Shown: one piece after another, positions 27,262-40,199 of the stretch
How the letters are laid out: each line of letters opens with the position of its first letter
How positions within the stretch are numbered: position 1 is the first letter of the stretch
Origin: Octopus sinensis
Taxonomy: Eukaryota
NCBI RefSeq assembly: GCF_006345805.1
Contig: NC_043007.1
Location: forward strand, 69,688,001 to 69,752,000
Reading direction: 5' to 3'
DNA: 64,000 bases
Position numbers and translations under genes: made by a program
The notes under the pieces: model-generated
What the model was told of the DNA's origin: nothing
The model's input: the letters and a program-made list of their open reading frames with translations, nothing else
The model's database searches: none

Positions 27262-27318
27262 ATCCTATATTGATCAATTTCTGCATAAGTATAATAACTC
27301 TTCCTTCATCAGTAGAAT
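27262..27318 (-). ncRNA. Minimal type I hammerhead ribozyme motif (Penelope-type)
   Basis: AUUCUA CUGAUGA AGGAAGAGuuauuauaCUUAUGCA GAAA UUGAUCAA U A UAGGAU. Stem I is 6 bp, stem III is the perfect palindrome AUUGAUCAAU and the triplet is AUA. Stem II is weak. Confidence 0.65.
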
Positions 27319-27587
27319 ATACCAAGTATAATAAATAAAAATATGCATACATACTCATATAAATGCACATGCATAAATACGAGTATGTATAAATATTCAC
27401 AAATATATACGGATCAAATTTTGGGACAGTTTATTTACTTCTGTACTATTCTGACCAAATAGTACACGTGTTGAGGTGGACTATGAACTTCGATTCATAT
27501 ATATTTGTGGATACTTATATGTACTCTATTTATGTGTGTGCATTTATATGGGTATGTATACATATTTTCATTAACTACGCTTGGTAT

Positions 27588-27641
27588 ATTCTACTGATGA
27601 AGGACAAGTTATATTTATCCAGAAATTGATCGATCTAGGAT
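27588..27641 (+). ncRNA. Minimal type I hammerhead ribozyme motif (Penelope-type)
   Basis: AUUCUA CUGAUGA A GGAcaaguuauauuuaUCC A GAAA UUGAUCGA U C UAGGAU. Stem I is 6 bp, stem III is palindromic (one G-U) and the triplet is AUC. Stem II GGA/UCC is flanked by A.A. Confidence 0.7.
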
Positions 27642-28244
27642 TATCTGAATTATTTTATGAATTTTTGGTTTGTCCAATTTTACTGCTTTCAACCTGCATA
27701 TATTGAAGTGAATCTTGTAGTGGTTGGATGTAGTTGGTGTCTTTCTCTAGCATATGGGCACAGTGGCTTGTGCCCTTAATTATAATATTCTATATAATTA
27801 TATATCTATATATGAATTTTACCTACAAGGTAACATTCATTAGTTTTTAATGATTTTATCCTTTAATTATGCTTATATATATATACATACATACATAGTT
27901 GAGAAAAAAATGTTGGAAATGAGGTAGAAGGGCCTTGGATGAGGGTAGATGTAAGATGTAATAACCACATTGATTGGCATATATCAGGATCTGCGGGTAA
28001 GATAGCAGACTTGTTTGTCTTGATGTTTTTACAGCCCAAGTCCTGGTTTGGCAGACATGGAATTTAGCTATTACCTTTGTAAACAGGTCTGTACATCAGC
28101 CATTTATAGGGTGCCCTGCCACATATATGCATGCATACAATGCCATTTATGAGCACCAACACACACACACACACATATTTATAGGCATTCTCATGCACAC
28201 AAAGCCGTAAGTATATAATGAAAAAATTTAGATGTATATACAAG

Positions 28245-28410
28245 AGGCACAGGCTTGCTATGTGGTTGAGAAGCTTGTTCACCAAGCCATGTGGTCTTGG
28301 GTTCACTCTCACAGCATGGCACCTTGGACAAGTTTATTCTAGTATACCTGCTGGCTAACCAAAGCCTTGAGAATGGATTTAGTATACAGAAACTGAAACA
28401 AGCCTGTTGT
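28245..28410 (+). mobile_element. tRNA-derived SINE (family A)
   Basis: gcacaggcttgctatgtggttgagaagcttg...gggttcact...ggcaccttggacaag...ccaaagccttgag...gaaactgaaac. Confidence 0.75.
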
Positions 28411-28774
28411 GCGTGCATGCACATGATTGTACCCTTGTTGAGACACCATGTCACAGTTGTAAATGACCATCACTGTCACACCAGCAATGTTCACTTAGAA
28501 AGAAAAGACTTCCTCTCAAAAGACTACATGCTTACACCACATGCATTAATTTTTTTTGTGATTTATGCAATGAACTGCACCAGATTTTTTCTTCCTTTCT
28601 TCTATGAACACCATGGCCTTGCACACATTTCTGAATGCAGGGCCAGAAGATGCTTTGCTGCACTTTAAAACTACGATCACTAACTATATTGTTTATAACT
28701 CTTATATAAATATATGGGAAGCCCTTTTTTAAAAATTTCTTTTACAAATCATTTAAAATTGTGAAAACACTTAC

Positions 28775-28830
28775 CTGTAATCAACAGACTACCTGGGAAG
28801 GTGACAGTGATATGCTGCGGTGTCATTTCT
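28775..28830 (-). CDS. Candidate 56-nt exon (phase 2 to 1) of unidentified minus-strand gene
   Basis: Consensus donor CAG|GTAAGT. The only open frame is EMTPQHITVTFPGSLLIT and it joins 42248-42409 in frame (...FQP-R-EMTP...). The acceptor ggggttgtAG is weak. Confidence 0.5.
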
Positions 28831-29271
28831 CTACAACCCCACAACTTGTTTCATATTTGGTATATGAAATCTAACTCAGATTATGTGTTCTAACCTAATG
28901 AAGTACTACTACGGGGAAGTGTAGCAAATTGTATTTTTTTAAATTGTAACAACACAATTTAAACTACTACGGCACACAACAAATAGGTAAAAATCAACAA
29001 CAGCTAAATACCACAATCACAATGTGCATAATATTTATTACGTTCTATGATAAAATTTCATCTATAGTCAGGCAACTGATATATTTTTATGATTTTTATA
29101 CTGGATTAGCTGCTTTTTCATCAAAATTTCCAATAGGATCAGGAGATGCTATATCAGGACTTGAGTGTTAAGTAACAGACAACTCAGTACTTAACAGTCA
29201 TTAGTAACCTATTTTATACTATAAATTAATAAAAGTCAATAACATAAAATATTCATACAATACTTAGTTTT

Positions 29272-29465
29272 CGAGGCAGCAAGCTGGCAGAATCATTAGC
29301 ATGCCAGGCAAAATACTTAGCAGTATTTTGTGTATCTTCAAATTCTGCTGAGGTTGACTTTGCCTTTCATCTTTTTGGGGTCAATAAAATAAGTACCAGT
29401 TGAGCATTAGGATCAATATAATCAATTATCTCTCCTTTCCCTAAATTGCTAGCATTGTGCTAGAA
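29272..29465 (+). mobile_element. SINE family C
   Basis: gaggcagcaagctggcagaatcattagcatgcc...gttgactttgcctttcatctttttggggtcaataaaataagtaccagt. Confidence 0.8.
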
Positions 29466-32400
29466 TTTGAAACCATTATTATAAGTAGTGGAAGCAGTTG
29501 TAATAGCAAAGTTTCCCTGTGCTAAAATGATTGACAGATCAATGTTATATATTATGCAAGTCCAGAGCCAACTCTTTGCCTTCAGTCCCAACAGACTACT
29601 AGTGCCCAACTTGATTGGCCATAACTGGACATATCATGACCTGCCTTCTATATGATGCTCTTTGTCATCATTGATAACGACAGATGAACTAATATTTTAT
29701 TTTTAGTTATAACAATATTAATATTATTTTTATAATATTAAAGGATTAATATTATTATATCATAATACTAAAAGATTGTAATATTAAGGATTAATATTAT
29801 TTGCAAGTTAAAAATCAATCACTTAAAAATTTATGCTCATTATACTTATACACAGCTAATCATCATCTTCAGAGAATTGCTCTTAGTGACAACTACTTAA
29901 AAACATTAGAATTAATTTAATCCTAATGAATGAACTAATGGTAATCAACCACTTTCACAGACAATACGTGCCTCTACTATTTACTTCTTTACAAAGCAAT
30001 GAAGTACCTACTTGTTAAAAGCTGCAGAATGTTTGCATAAGGACTTTATAACCATGTATTCCAGCTTAGTTGAAGCATTCAGATGTGAGTCAGAAGCATA
30101 GGACTTTAGACTGTTTTGGGTGGAGGAAGATTGTTCTCTGGAGAACGCATTTCTGTAGTGAGAACCATCATTTCAGAAGACATGCACATGGAATTGGTTT
30201 TATGAATAAACAGAACAACGAAGAAAAGTTTCAGACTGAGAAGTTATAGAAGAAATAAGGGTTTGTTTATAGATGGACAGAAAGCAACAAAGAATGCAAT
30301 AACAAGAAGTTAGGAATTTGTAATTGTTAAAGATTAAAAATTATAATTCTTGATTGATATTCTTCACAAAGAAGTTGGTTTTATTTTAACAGAAAAATGT
30401 GGTTAAGGAGAACCTATACCTCACAATAATCTAGATTTAAGCAAACTTCATATTCTAGCAATAAAAGGATTAGAAATTTTAGCAATGGTGATATTGTAGA
30501 GGCTTTCAGAAATTAAATAGAATCTATTCCTTGGGTTTAAAGAAATGTAATGCAATTTAATGAGTCTTGAGATGACATGATTCAGTGACTGAACTTATTC
30601 AATGCCATCACAGAGGAATTAGAAATAAAATCCTATAAAATATTATAGTAAAGCAGTAGTTGAGATAGAGACAGTGGGTAATGAAAGAGAAGAGACTGGA
30701 TACTTTTATAAGAGTCTGAGGGAAGAGTAACAACAAATGGTTAGAGATGGAGGTTGAAGTGAATGTGATAAACAAGGGTGGAAATGAAGTGGATGGGAAA
30801 TACTAGTATGGAGAAGTGAAAAGTGAGAGATAGAAGTGACTCAGGAAGGACATATCAAGAGGTAGGAGCAGGGGAGATGCCGTGCAAGGTGTAGAGTGGT
30901 GAGGAAGGAGACCTAGGAGTATATAAGAGTGGCTATAGTGAGTGGGATGAGATGGCAGATATGAGGGAGTTCTGAGAAAGAGTACATATCTGAGGTGTTA
31001 AAATGGAGTATGGTAGAGGAGAGAAACAGCTGAAGGCACTGAAAGAGTGGTGGTCAGTAGAAATAGTGTGAATGGGGAAGAGAAGATACCAGAGATAAGG
31101 AATGGAAGTAGTTCTGAAAGGAGAGGGTATCTGGTAGCATAAAGAAAGTGCTGGCATAGTGTGTGTGTGTGTGTGTGTGTATCATTGCCAAACATTGTTT
31201 AAAGTCATTAGAACATGCCAATGTGACCAATATGGATTAACATATCTAAACATTAATTGTTTGGTCAGATTCTAAAAACTAATGATTGTGACAATTTAAA
31301 ACTTATGTTTATTCAAGGTTTATCACTTTTCTAAGATCTTTATTTTTTGGATTGTATTATTAAGACAAATATAAATTTAATTGTCGCATTAATCAAATCC
31401 ACTTCTCTCTGGGCTTAGATTTTAGACTGTTTCCAACTTCTAACAGTTTTCATTTTCATGCTAGTCCAAATGAAACCAATTGACCACTTTTTAAAACAGA
31501 TATCTCAACCAGAAAGTCTGCATCTTAGGCAAGCAACTTAGTAATTCTTACGAAGTTATTCCATGAATACTTAGACTGGTCCCATAGTTTTTGGTAATTT
31601 TTGACCATAAGCACAGCTTGTTCAGCACCCCTATCTTTTATCATCTGGCTATTTATACCGGGCTAACTAGTCATCATTTAGTAAAGATCATGTTTGTCAC
31701 TACTACAGAAAGTCTGGTATTTGTTCAACTTTAAAATGATGTCTCATAATAAAATTCCTCTGCAGCCTAAGTTCAAACATCATACTGCTAACCCTATTAA
31801 AAAATTACCAACCATATGACACAGCAAGTCTAAATCTTGCAAAGTTACAAACATGAATGCTATAGTAGGTACTTCTGAGCAAAATTAAGCAGAAAGTTTC
31901 ATTTGTAATTCATCTAAATTTTATCATTATTATCATCATTATCCAAACGTCAGTAATTGTCAATATACATTAATAAGTGTTCACTTTACTTTCCAATGTC
32001 ATTCTTACATCATTTGATTTTGTGTGCTAAAGTTTTGAGTAACAATACATAAATACCAGAGTTCCAGAAAACTAAAATAACATCAAGAAGAATCCATTGT
32101 CACTTGAAATATTTAAGATTTTTCTTCTCGTGGCCCATCATGATAACTCCCTTTTTGCTTGTTATAATGCTGTGCCACATTTTCTTTGCTAGCACTTGAC
32201 TTAACTACCATTTATCACTCACTCATGTATTTTTAACAACTTTATAATATTCTCAAATATAAAACAATACAGTCATTGAAAACCAGACTAGTCATCACTA
32301 CAAACTTCACAGATATATGCATATAAGTGTTTGATAAGGGAAACTTCCATATTATTAAAAATTTACTGCCAATCTCATGACAATGAAATCATATAATATA

Positions 32401-33627
32401 CATTTTACAGCCCAAGAGAATAGATAATTTTTGTACAAATCAAGATAAACTTTTAGGTTTTATTGATATTTTAGATTCAGTTTAGTTAGTATTGCTTTGT
32501 TTTTTTGTTGTTTTTTTTTAAAGGATATCTATTTTCCAGGACATGATCAATAACAAACAGCAGGTTGTAGAAGGCTGTTACTGAGCAGGTTGACTTGAAG
32601 TTAACTAAAAAAGATATGAAGTGCACAAAACACCAGGTACAAAAGAATGCTGTAATTATGTGACCTCCTAAATCGTGTGGTTTGATCTGAACCTCTGGAC
32701 TGTTACATTTGTAGCGTGAACACAAGACCAACTGACAACCCATCATTTCCAGGGTCTTTTTGGGTGCTGCAATTGCAGATATGAGGAACAGTTTGGGTTT
32801 AGGTCACCTGATATTTACACGAAGTCACTTCCTTGGCTACTGTGCATCTGTAATTGGGGTGGAAGGAAATTTTATTGAATGGCCTATGTCTGGCACATTT
32901 CTATGGAAATATGATGGTGTACTGTTTTGTGTCTTGGTTTTCATCATGTTTTGTTTTGTTCATAAATATGAAATGCATCCTGTGTGTGTGTGCAAATGTG
33001 CATGTGAGAGGGTAGGTGCTGACATGGTAGCTATCTATGAATATGCATGTTGGTGCTTGAGTGCATTGATATGTACTCGTACTAGGACAATGATACATGC
33101 GAGAGTGAGAGACAGACAGACAGACAGAGAAAAGAAAACATTCATATGACATTACTTAATGAAAAAGATTGTTAGAAAGTCACTGAATATAATGCAGAAA
33201 TGTCATCACCTAAATTCAAAATAGAAACCTTAAATGTAACGCAATGGTGCTTCAAAGTTTATACACTAGCACAAAGTTAATAGGTCAGCTGAAGCAAAAA
33301 GAGTTGGATGATTAAAGAGGTTTTCTCATCTAGTGCCATACAACAACCACTCTAATATAATTATACCACAAATAATGAGGTCAGTTGTGTCTCTTGCATT
33401 GTAGAGGTTGCACTGAGGAATCAAGGTCCATAACTTTTTAGAAAGATTTGATTTAAAATTAAGTAAGCAGCTAATCATTAGTTTTCAATTTATTATTCTC
33501 TGATGATCAACTGAATATGACAGTCACTCAGGGTTCATCACAGATATCTCTTGCAGACAGGACACTATCAACATGGAACAATTTGTACTCAAAACCAAAC
33601 TAATGAAACACTTGACAAATATAACCA

Positions 33628-34596
33628 GGCATAACTACAGATTCTTTTCCTCCACCCCTGACTTTGGATGATCATAACTTTCAGAAAAATGGATATTTTT
33701 TTAATGAAATTTTTTACAAATATGTGTTATATCATGTAGATTCCGAAAATACAAAACTTTTAGGGGAAAATGTTTTATGAGGGGGTGGGGTGGGGAATTT
33801 CATAAAATTCACTGGCGTCCATTTCAAATCGTCTTAACTTTCAAGAAAACATTTTTTTAATGAAATTTTCTACAAATATACCTCGGACTATGTAGATTCC
33901 GAGAACATATGAATTTGGGGGGAAAACAATTGGGGTTTATTTTTGAGGACCATTCTCCACTCAGGGGTATTTCAAAACAAGTCGTTTGTTTCATTTTCTC
34001 CATTTTGTGCATCCGTAGATTTCTCCTGAAGCCGCAGGCAATGAAGCTGTCAGCAGAAACCTAGTCACCGGAAAACTCGTTATGCTAAAAAAACCAGCTA
34101 AAGGTCTAAACATTTCTAACAAAGACACTGAATAGAATAATTCCCCATTTGAACTTTTTTTAATTACATATATATGTGGTGGTCCATGGTGGGGGGGAGA
34201 CTAGAAATCTACGGATGCACAAACGCACAAAACGGAGAAAATGAAACAACTATGGAGTTTTTCCAAAACCCCTCCGAGTTGGAAATGGTCCTCAAAAGTA
34301 ACCCACAATTGTTTTTCCCAAAAATTCCTATGTTCTCGGAATCGACGTAGTCCGAGGTATATTTGTAGAAAATTTCGTAAAAAAATATCTGAAAGTTAAA
34401 ACGAATTGAAGTGGACACCGGTCAATTTTCCAAAATTCCCCACCCCCTCCTAAAATACTTTCCCCGAAAAGATTTGTATATCTGAAATCTGCATGATATA
34501 ACACATATTCGTAGAAAATTTCACTAAAAAATATCCATTTTTCTGAAAGTTATGATCATCCAAAGTCGGGTGGGGACAGGAATCTGTAGTTATGCC
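33628..34596. mobile_element. 969-bp non-autonomous long-TIR DNA transposon, Merlin-like
   Basis: TIRs of ~395 bp (33628-34024 / 34203-34596) starting GGCATAACTACAGATT, with an exact 8-bp TSD tataacca (33620-27, 34597-604). The TIRs contain internal subrepeats (tgaaattt.ctacaaatat...atgtagattccga). GG ends plus an 8-9 bp TSD fit the Merlin superfamily. Confidence 0.85.
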
Positions 34597-35824
34597 TATA
34601 ACCATCCACCCTGCTGCATACTGTAGTAACTGTAATTTCACTGAGGAAGTATTTGAAACCAAGTGTAAAGGGCTATTGGTAATTAAGTGCCTAAGCCGTG
34701 GACATAGAAGAGAAATTGAATTGAATAATGAGATACGAGTCTCTGACACTTGAAGGGACTCTAATAAAGACTGAAATTACATGAATCTGTTTTGAAAATT
34801 CTCTCAGCCATCTGGCTGAGAGATTTACAAACTTAAGGTACCTATTAAGTAAGTTTAATTTTGAGGATGCTGCAAGATGGAAAAGAGAATGAAGTTAAGA
34901 GTGAATGAAAGGAGGTTCTCAATGTTTTAACACTCTCAGACACAACCAAATATAGTGGGAAATTGGTATTTATTTCTACAATACCTCAATATCAAGTTTG
35001 ATTAGTACAAGATTAAAAACAGCAGAGAAGGATTATGTCTGATGGTCAAGGAAAAAATAATAGTTTTTTAAGCAGCAGACTAGTTCTCCACAGAAATATT
35101 TAGCATCTTTGGGTGAAAAGTATTCACTGAATGAATTCAAGAAAATAATGAACTTGTTTAAATCCATTTTTTTTTCTTTTTTAAATTATATGTGAACCTT
35201 TTTCAGGTATTAAATGAAAGCTGAACTGCCAACACAAGTCGTATAACTCTGGTACTATATCTACTTGGCCTACCCCAGCAAGAATTACACAAGTACTTGA
35301 GAAAGGAATTTAATATATATTCAAATATACAACCAAGGAGAATACTTTCAAGCATTATAAATCATTTTACATGCTAAATAAAAAAGAAAATCATTTTAAA
35401 ACATATATACAAAAATTTAAGCACCTTAATTGGAACCAGGTACTAAAATCAGATAAAGTTCGAGGTCCATTTAATACAGGAAGGGATGTTGCAGTCTGAA
35501 GTTGCCAAGGTGCCAAACTTTCAGAATCACTGGATTTGTTAAATAATGTTGGACTGCTGTTGGTGAAAGTTAGTCAATATACATTTTAACAACATTACAA
35601 GCAAAAGAAAATTTGTAATTGACTATTAAGATTATCTACTCAATAAACTAGTAGAAAACTTATTGTGAATAATTCTTTATATATCAAATATGATTTTTGA
35701 GCAGAAAATAAAGTTGGAAACTTCAGATTGGCTCTGAATCTGAAGACTGTTTGTGAAACATATCATGCAAGCAGCTGTTGGTGAATTATTGATGAAATAC
35801 ATATATACATATTCATCTATATAT

Positions 35825-36400
35825 TTATACAGGCATATGCCTAGACCCTTATACAGGCATATGCCTGGACACCTATACAGGCATACACATAGACAGACAT
35901 ATGCCTAGACACGTATACGGGCATACGCATAGACAGACATATGCATAGACACTTACACAGGCATACACATGCATACCTCTAGACACTTCTACAAACATAC
36001 ATACGCATACCTCTAGACACTTATATACTTATACAAACACACATGCATACCTTTATACGCTTATACAAAACATACACACGCATACCTTTATACACTTATA
36101 CAAGACATACACATGCATACACCTAGACATAAACACACGCATACACCCAGACATAAAATCACGCATACACCTAGACATAAACATAACTCTAGACAAATAA
36201 ACATACATACACATAACTCTAGACAAATAAACGTACACACACATACCTCTAGAAAAATAAACATACAAACGCATGCCTCTAGACATATAAACATACATAT
36301 GCATACCTCTAGACATATAAACATAAATATGCATACCTCCAGACATAAATATACATATATCTAGACATTTATATAAACATACATACACATCATACACATA
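35825..36400. repeat. Compound minisatellite built on a gcatacctctagacat core
   Basis: About 20 degenerate units of ~22-30 bp, with unit type changing along the array. Confidence 0.9.
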
Positions 36401-36984
36401 CGCATATATATAAACATGTACACACACATATATAGTGTGTGTATGTGTGTATCATTATTTAATGTCTCTCTTTCTATGATGGCATTAGTTACATGGTTCA
36501 ACATGAACTGACAAGGTAGAGGGTGGCACTGAATTCCACTGTCTGCTTTGGCATGGTTTCTGCAGCTGGATGTTCTTCCTAACACCAACTGTGTACTGGG
36601 TGTTTTGTGTTCATGATCAATGAAAGGCTAAGGAAGAATACTTTATAAAAATTCTAAAAACCGTGACTAAATAGGAAATAACCCACACCTCTACTAAAAA
36701 CAACCTTCTCTATACAGACTACCCGATGATACCTGTGTTTAAAAAAAGCTAAAACCCACAAAAGACTTGCACAATATGTTTGTATCATTCTGCTGTTTAA
36801 GTTTCTATGTATACACTATATGCAAGATATATAAACTAGCTGCTCAGAGAAAGAAGTATCTCCATCATTTTGTTTGTGTCAAGGAAGACCCATGTGGGTC
36901 AATGCCTGATTCTGCTCCGTTTATATTTCTATTTATTCTAGCATTGTAATCTCCAATAAGTATCAATGTAGTACACAGTCTGAC

Positions 36985-37325
36985 AGTTCACATCTTGGAC
37001 AAGTGTCTTCTACTATGGCCCAGGGCTGGACAGCACCTCCTGGTTGGACTTGTGGAAATATAAAATGAGAAAAGTCCAGTGTGTATTGGGGCAGGTCTCC
37101 TAGTCTCAGCATTACATGATAGTTGTAAAATGAACATCAGCAACATACACGAGTTGTCTTTCCTTGTCAATCTTTCCTGAAGCAAGTCTGGCCATGGAAA
37201 TATATTAGCCTATTTGAGAGGAGATGAGGGTTAGCAAAAGAAAGGGCATCTAATCACAGAAAATCTACCGCAGCCAATTCTATCTGAGCCATGTAAGCAT
37301 GGAAAAGTAAACATTAAAATGATGA
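36985..37325 (+). mobile_element. SINE (family A core joined to RTE-like tail)
   Basis: catcttggacaagtgtcttctactatggcc...aaagggcatctaatc...ccatgtaagcatggaaaagtaaacattaaaatgatgatg. Confidence 0.65.
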
Positions 37326-37334
37326 TGTATACAC

Positions 37335-37337
37335 ACA

Positions 37338-37385
<48 letters not shown>

Positions 37386-37631
37386 TACATATATACACAC
37401 ACATACACTAATACACATGCACAGTATACATACATACACACACATAAGTACATATACACACAGCATATTTAATATTATTTGAGTAATAGTCTTATGTGCA
37501 TTCCAAAGCTCCTATACTAGTATTGGCTACCAAATACAGTAGGACTTCTTTTACTGATGCACCGGAACATTAGTGAGTTGGAATAAAGCCTGTTCATTTC
37601 ATCATCTAGAATTAAAATTCTTCACATACAT

Positions 37632-37668
<37 letters not shown>

Positions 37669-37745
37669 TCACACACAAATATACATATATATATATATAT
37701 CTTTATATATAAAATATATATATACACACACACACACACACAAGT

Positions 37746-37783
<38 letters not shown>

Positions 37784-37832
37784 CACACACACACACAAGT
37801 ATATATATACGCACACACACACACAAGTATAT

Positions 37833-37880
<48 letters not shown>

Positions 37881-38065
37881 ATACGCACACACAAGTATAC
37901 ATATATATATATGCACACGCAAAAGTATACATACATACACACTCACAATTATACAAACATATATACACACACATATATATATATACACGTACACACAAAT
38001 ATATATATAAATACACACACAAATACACATATACACACACAACTATACATATACACACACGCACA
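37335..38065. repeat. Compound (TA)n/(CA)n microsatellite region
   Basis: Dinucleotide tracts dominate the region and account for the long spurious IYIY/HTHT ORFs. Confidence 0.95.
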
Positions 38066-39502
38066 AACAATACAATTCCACTTAGTAATAGCAGTACCAA
38101 TAACTAGTCGTTAGAACTCAATGTACTCATACTTCAGAGTATGTAGTATGTCCAGTAACAGGAAGTTGTGAATGTCGATTATCTGATGTTTTTTCTCCAG
38201 ACTGATATGAACGGAGAAACCAGTACAGATTATAATATCAATTAATAAGAATTTATTAAATAACAGGTGTCTCTGATCACTTTTATCAGCTTAGTTATTT
38301 CTGTCATAAGGAACTGTGCACTCAAACTGAGTGCCATAGCAACACACACACACATTCTAAAAAAATTTAATATTTTTACATTAAACATATGTCTTACCCT
38401 TAAATATGCTGAAAAAGATCAATAAATAATTATTTTCTCCATTAGGGATCCTTTAGGCATTGTAGGGTAAAATATGTGTTATCAAAATAGGCTCACATCC
38501 ATTACAGAATGACTTGCTGACAATTTATTTAATCAACGATGGTTCTTAATGTTCATCAATATTCTACCTATTAACAGCGGACATGAATTTTGATGGTGTA
38601 GAATTTTAAAATCCGCAAAAACATAAAAGGAAAGAGAAATATTTTAGTGAAGCTGATAAAGCACTAGATGAAGATATGTCTTTATCCATCTTCAAAATAT
38701 TAAATCTATTTTTTGGAGTGAACAGAGTTATGTGAGTGGACTGCACAACAAGAAGATAGTAAACGACATTGTGGAGAGAAACTGAAATAGCCTAGAAGCT
38801 ATGATAGCTCCAAGGTTATCAACACATGATAGGGAATAATTTGATAAGAAGCTACAAATGGTAAGACGGCAGTAGAACATCAAAGAAAAGAAATTAACTT
38901 TTGAAAATGAAAGAACAATAAGAAATAATCTGTGCATGCTCCATGAGGTGCATCTTATGGAGTGGTGGGGGGCACGTTCACAGAATAGAGGCAGAAGGAC
39001 AAAGAGTGAAGGGAAATAACAAGAAAAACTGATTAAATGTAATTTAAAGCTACTTTACAATAACTATCACCTGATAATTGCATTTTCATGCAAAAAAATT
39101 TTTTTAGATAAAAATTATAGCCAAATATGAAAAGTTTAGGTCTTTTTTAAAAGCAGTCATATTACTTAGGGTGACAGTGAAGGATTTTGGAAATGAATGT
39201 GATTGTTCATAAGAATCTATAAATGTTTATGTATGAGGCAGCAGAAATATGTGCAGTATCTTTTGTCAAGATTTTCTATGGCTGGATGCTCTTCTTTTCA
39301 CCAACTCTCACCTGTTTCCCAAGCAAGATAATATTTTCCTATCACTGGATATGTTTCCATAGGAGGTTGGAAATGATTGATGTCACTTGTATAATATGGT
39401 GATATTTGTTTACAAAAATTGCGCAGTCAAGATAAGGAGATAAACACATGCACATATGTATGTGTGTGTATATGTTTGTGCATATATATATCTCAATGTA
39501 TA

Positions 39503-39556
<54 letters not shown>

Positions 39557-40063
39557 TATATCAGACTGAGTAAAATGTTTTCAGATTTTCACTAGTGATT
39601 TTTGGCAACTTGAAATTATTAATGTAAAGTCCATGTAATATCAGTAATTTTATACAACTTTTTGTCCAATTGTTGCTAACTTGTCTATTCTTTATTTCCA
39701 TATATAATCATTTATTATTATTTTTTTTTTCACAGCTTTGTTAATGAGTGGTGAAAAATGCTACTAGAGACGTTTGATGCTACATGTGGAAAAATCGAAT
39801 GAGTGCAAGGACAGTAACAAAAGAAATTAGCAGTGTGGAAGGCCGAGAAACTGTCAGCAAATGTGTAGAACAAAACTGGTTCAGACATCCCAGCATAAGC
39901 ACTCATACATTGTTGGCAGAACATGATCCTTCACAAAGCATAATTAATCAACACTTTCATAAGCTCAGCCTCCCCTGTGAACAGACGCTGTCGAGAAGAT
40001 CTTCATGAAATGACCAATGACCAGGCTCAATGACAGGTGAACATTTGCAAACAACTGCTAACA

Positions 40064-40199
40064 ATTATTTACATTATTTACATTTGGTGGATATTTGTCC
40101 TCATCTTATTTGTTGTTAACATAACGTTTCGGCTGATATACCCTCCAGCCTTCATCAGTTGTCTTGGGGAAAATTTCGAACCTGGGTTCTCATTCCTAA
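40064..40199 (-). mobile_element. Penelope-type terminal-repeat fragment (same family as 43640-43905)
   Basis: Colinear with the reverse complement of 43770-43900 (gaaatgagaac..agg.t.gaaattt.ccc.agac...gatgaggacaaatatcc). Confidence 0.8.
40118..40163 (-). ncRNA. Minimal type I hammerhead ribozyme motif
   Basis: GACAA CUGAUGA A GGCUG-gaggguauau-CAGCC GAAA CGU U AUGUU. Stem II is a perfect 5 bp, stem III is the palindrome ACGU and the triplet is GUU. Stem I has 4/5 pairs with the core-proximal pair A.A. Confidence 0.75.

Larger units (their letters stand above)
27157..27795. mobile_element. Inverted-repeat (foldback) element, arms ~27157-27412 and ~27493-27795, one hammerhead motif per arm
   Basis: aattataattaagggcacagaagccactgtg...cttcatcagtagaatataccaag is mirrored on the right. 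The right arm carries an extra ~65-bp segment. Confidence 0.85.

Noticed and set aside
30000-31160. Possible LINE endonuclease remnants (HAHGIGF; minus-strand STDHH)
   Set aside because: Too decayed to delimit or classify by eye.
32560-32900. 129-aa plus ORF and possible RTE endonuclease remnant on the minus strand
   Set aside because: The ORF runs into simple repeats, and the LINE similarity (KLFLISAIAAP) is only suggestive.
34025-34075. Hammerhead-like string in the spacer of the Merlin-like element (CTGAAG...GAAACCTAGTC)
   Set aside because: The core is incomplete and the stems cannot be formed consistently.
35440-35800. Possible Tc1 transposase N-terminal remnant (LIQEGMLQSEVAK)
   Set aside because: Single short motif, with no TIRs found.
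36053-38114. Many 70-145 aa ORFs rich in IY/HT/VC repeats
   Set aside because: These are translations of micro- and minisatellites.
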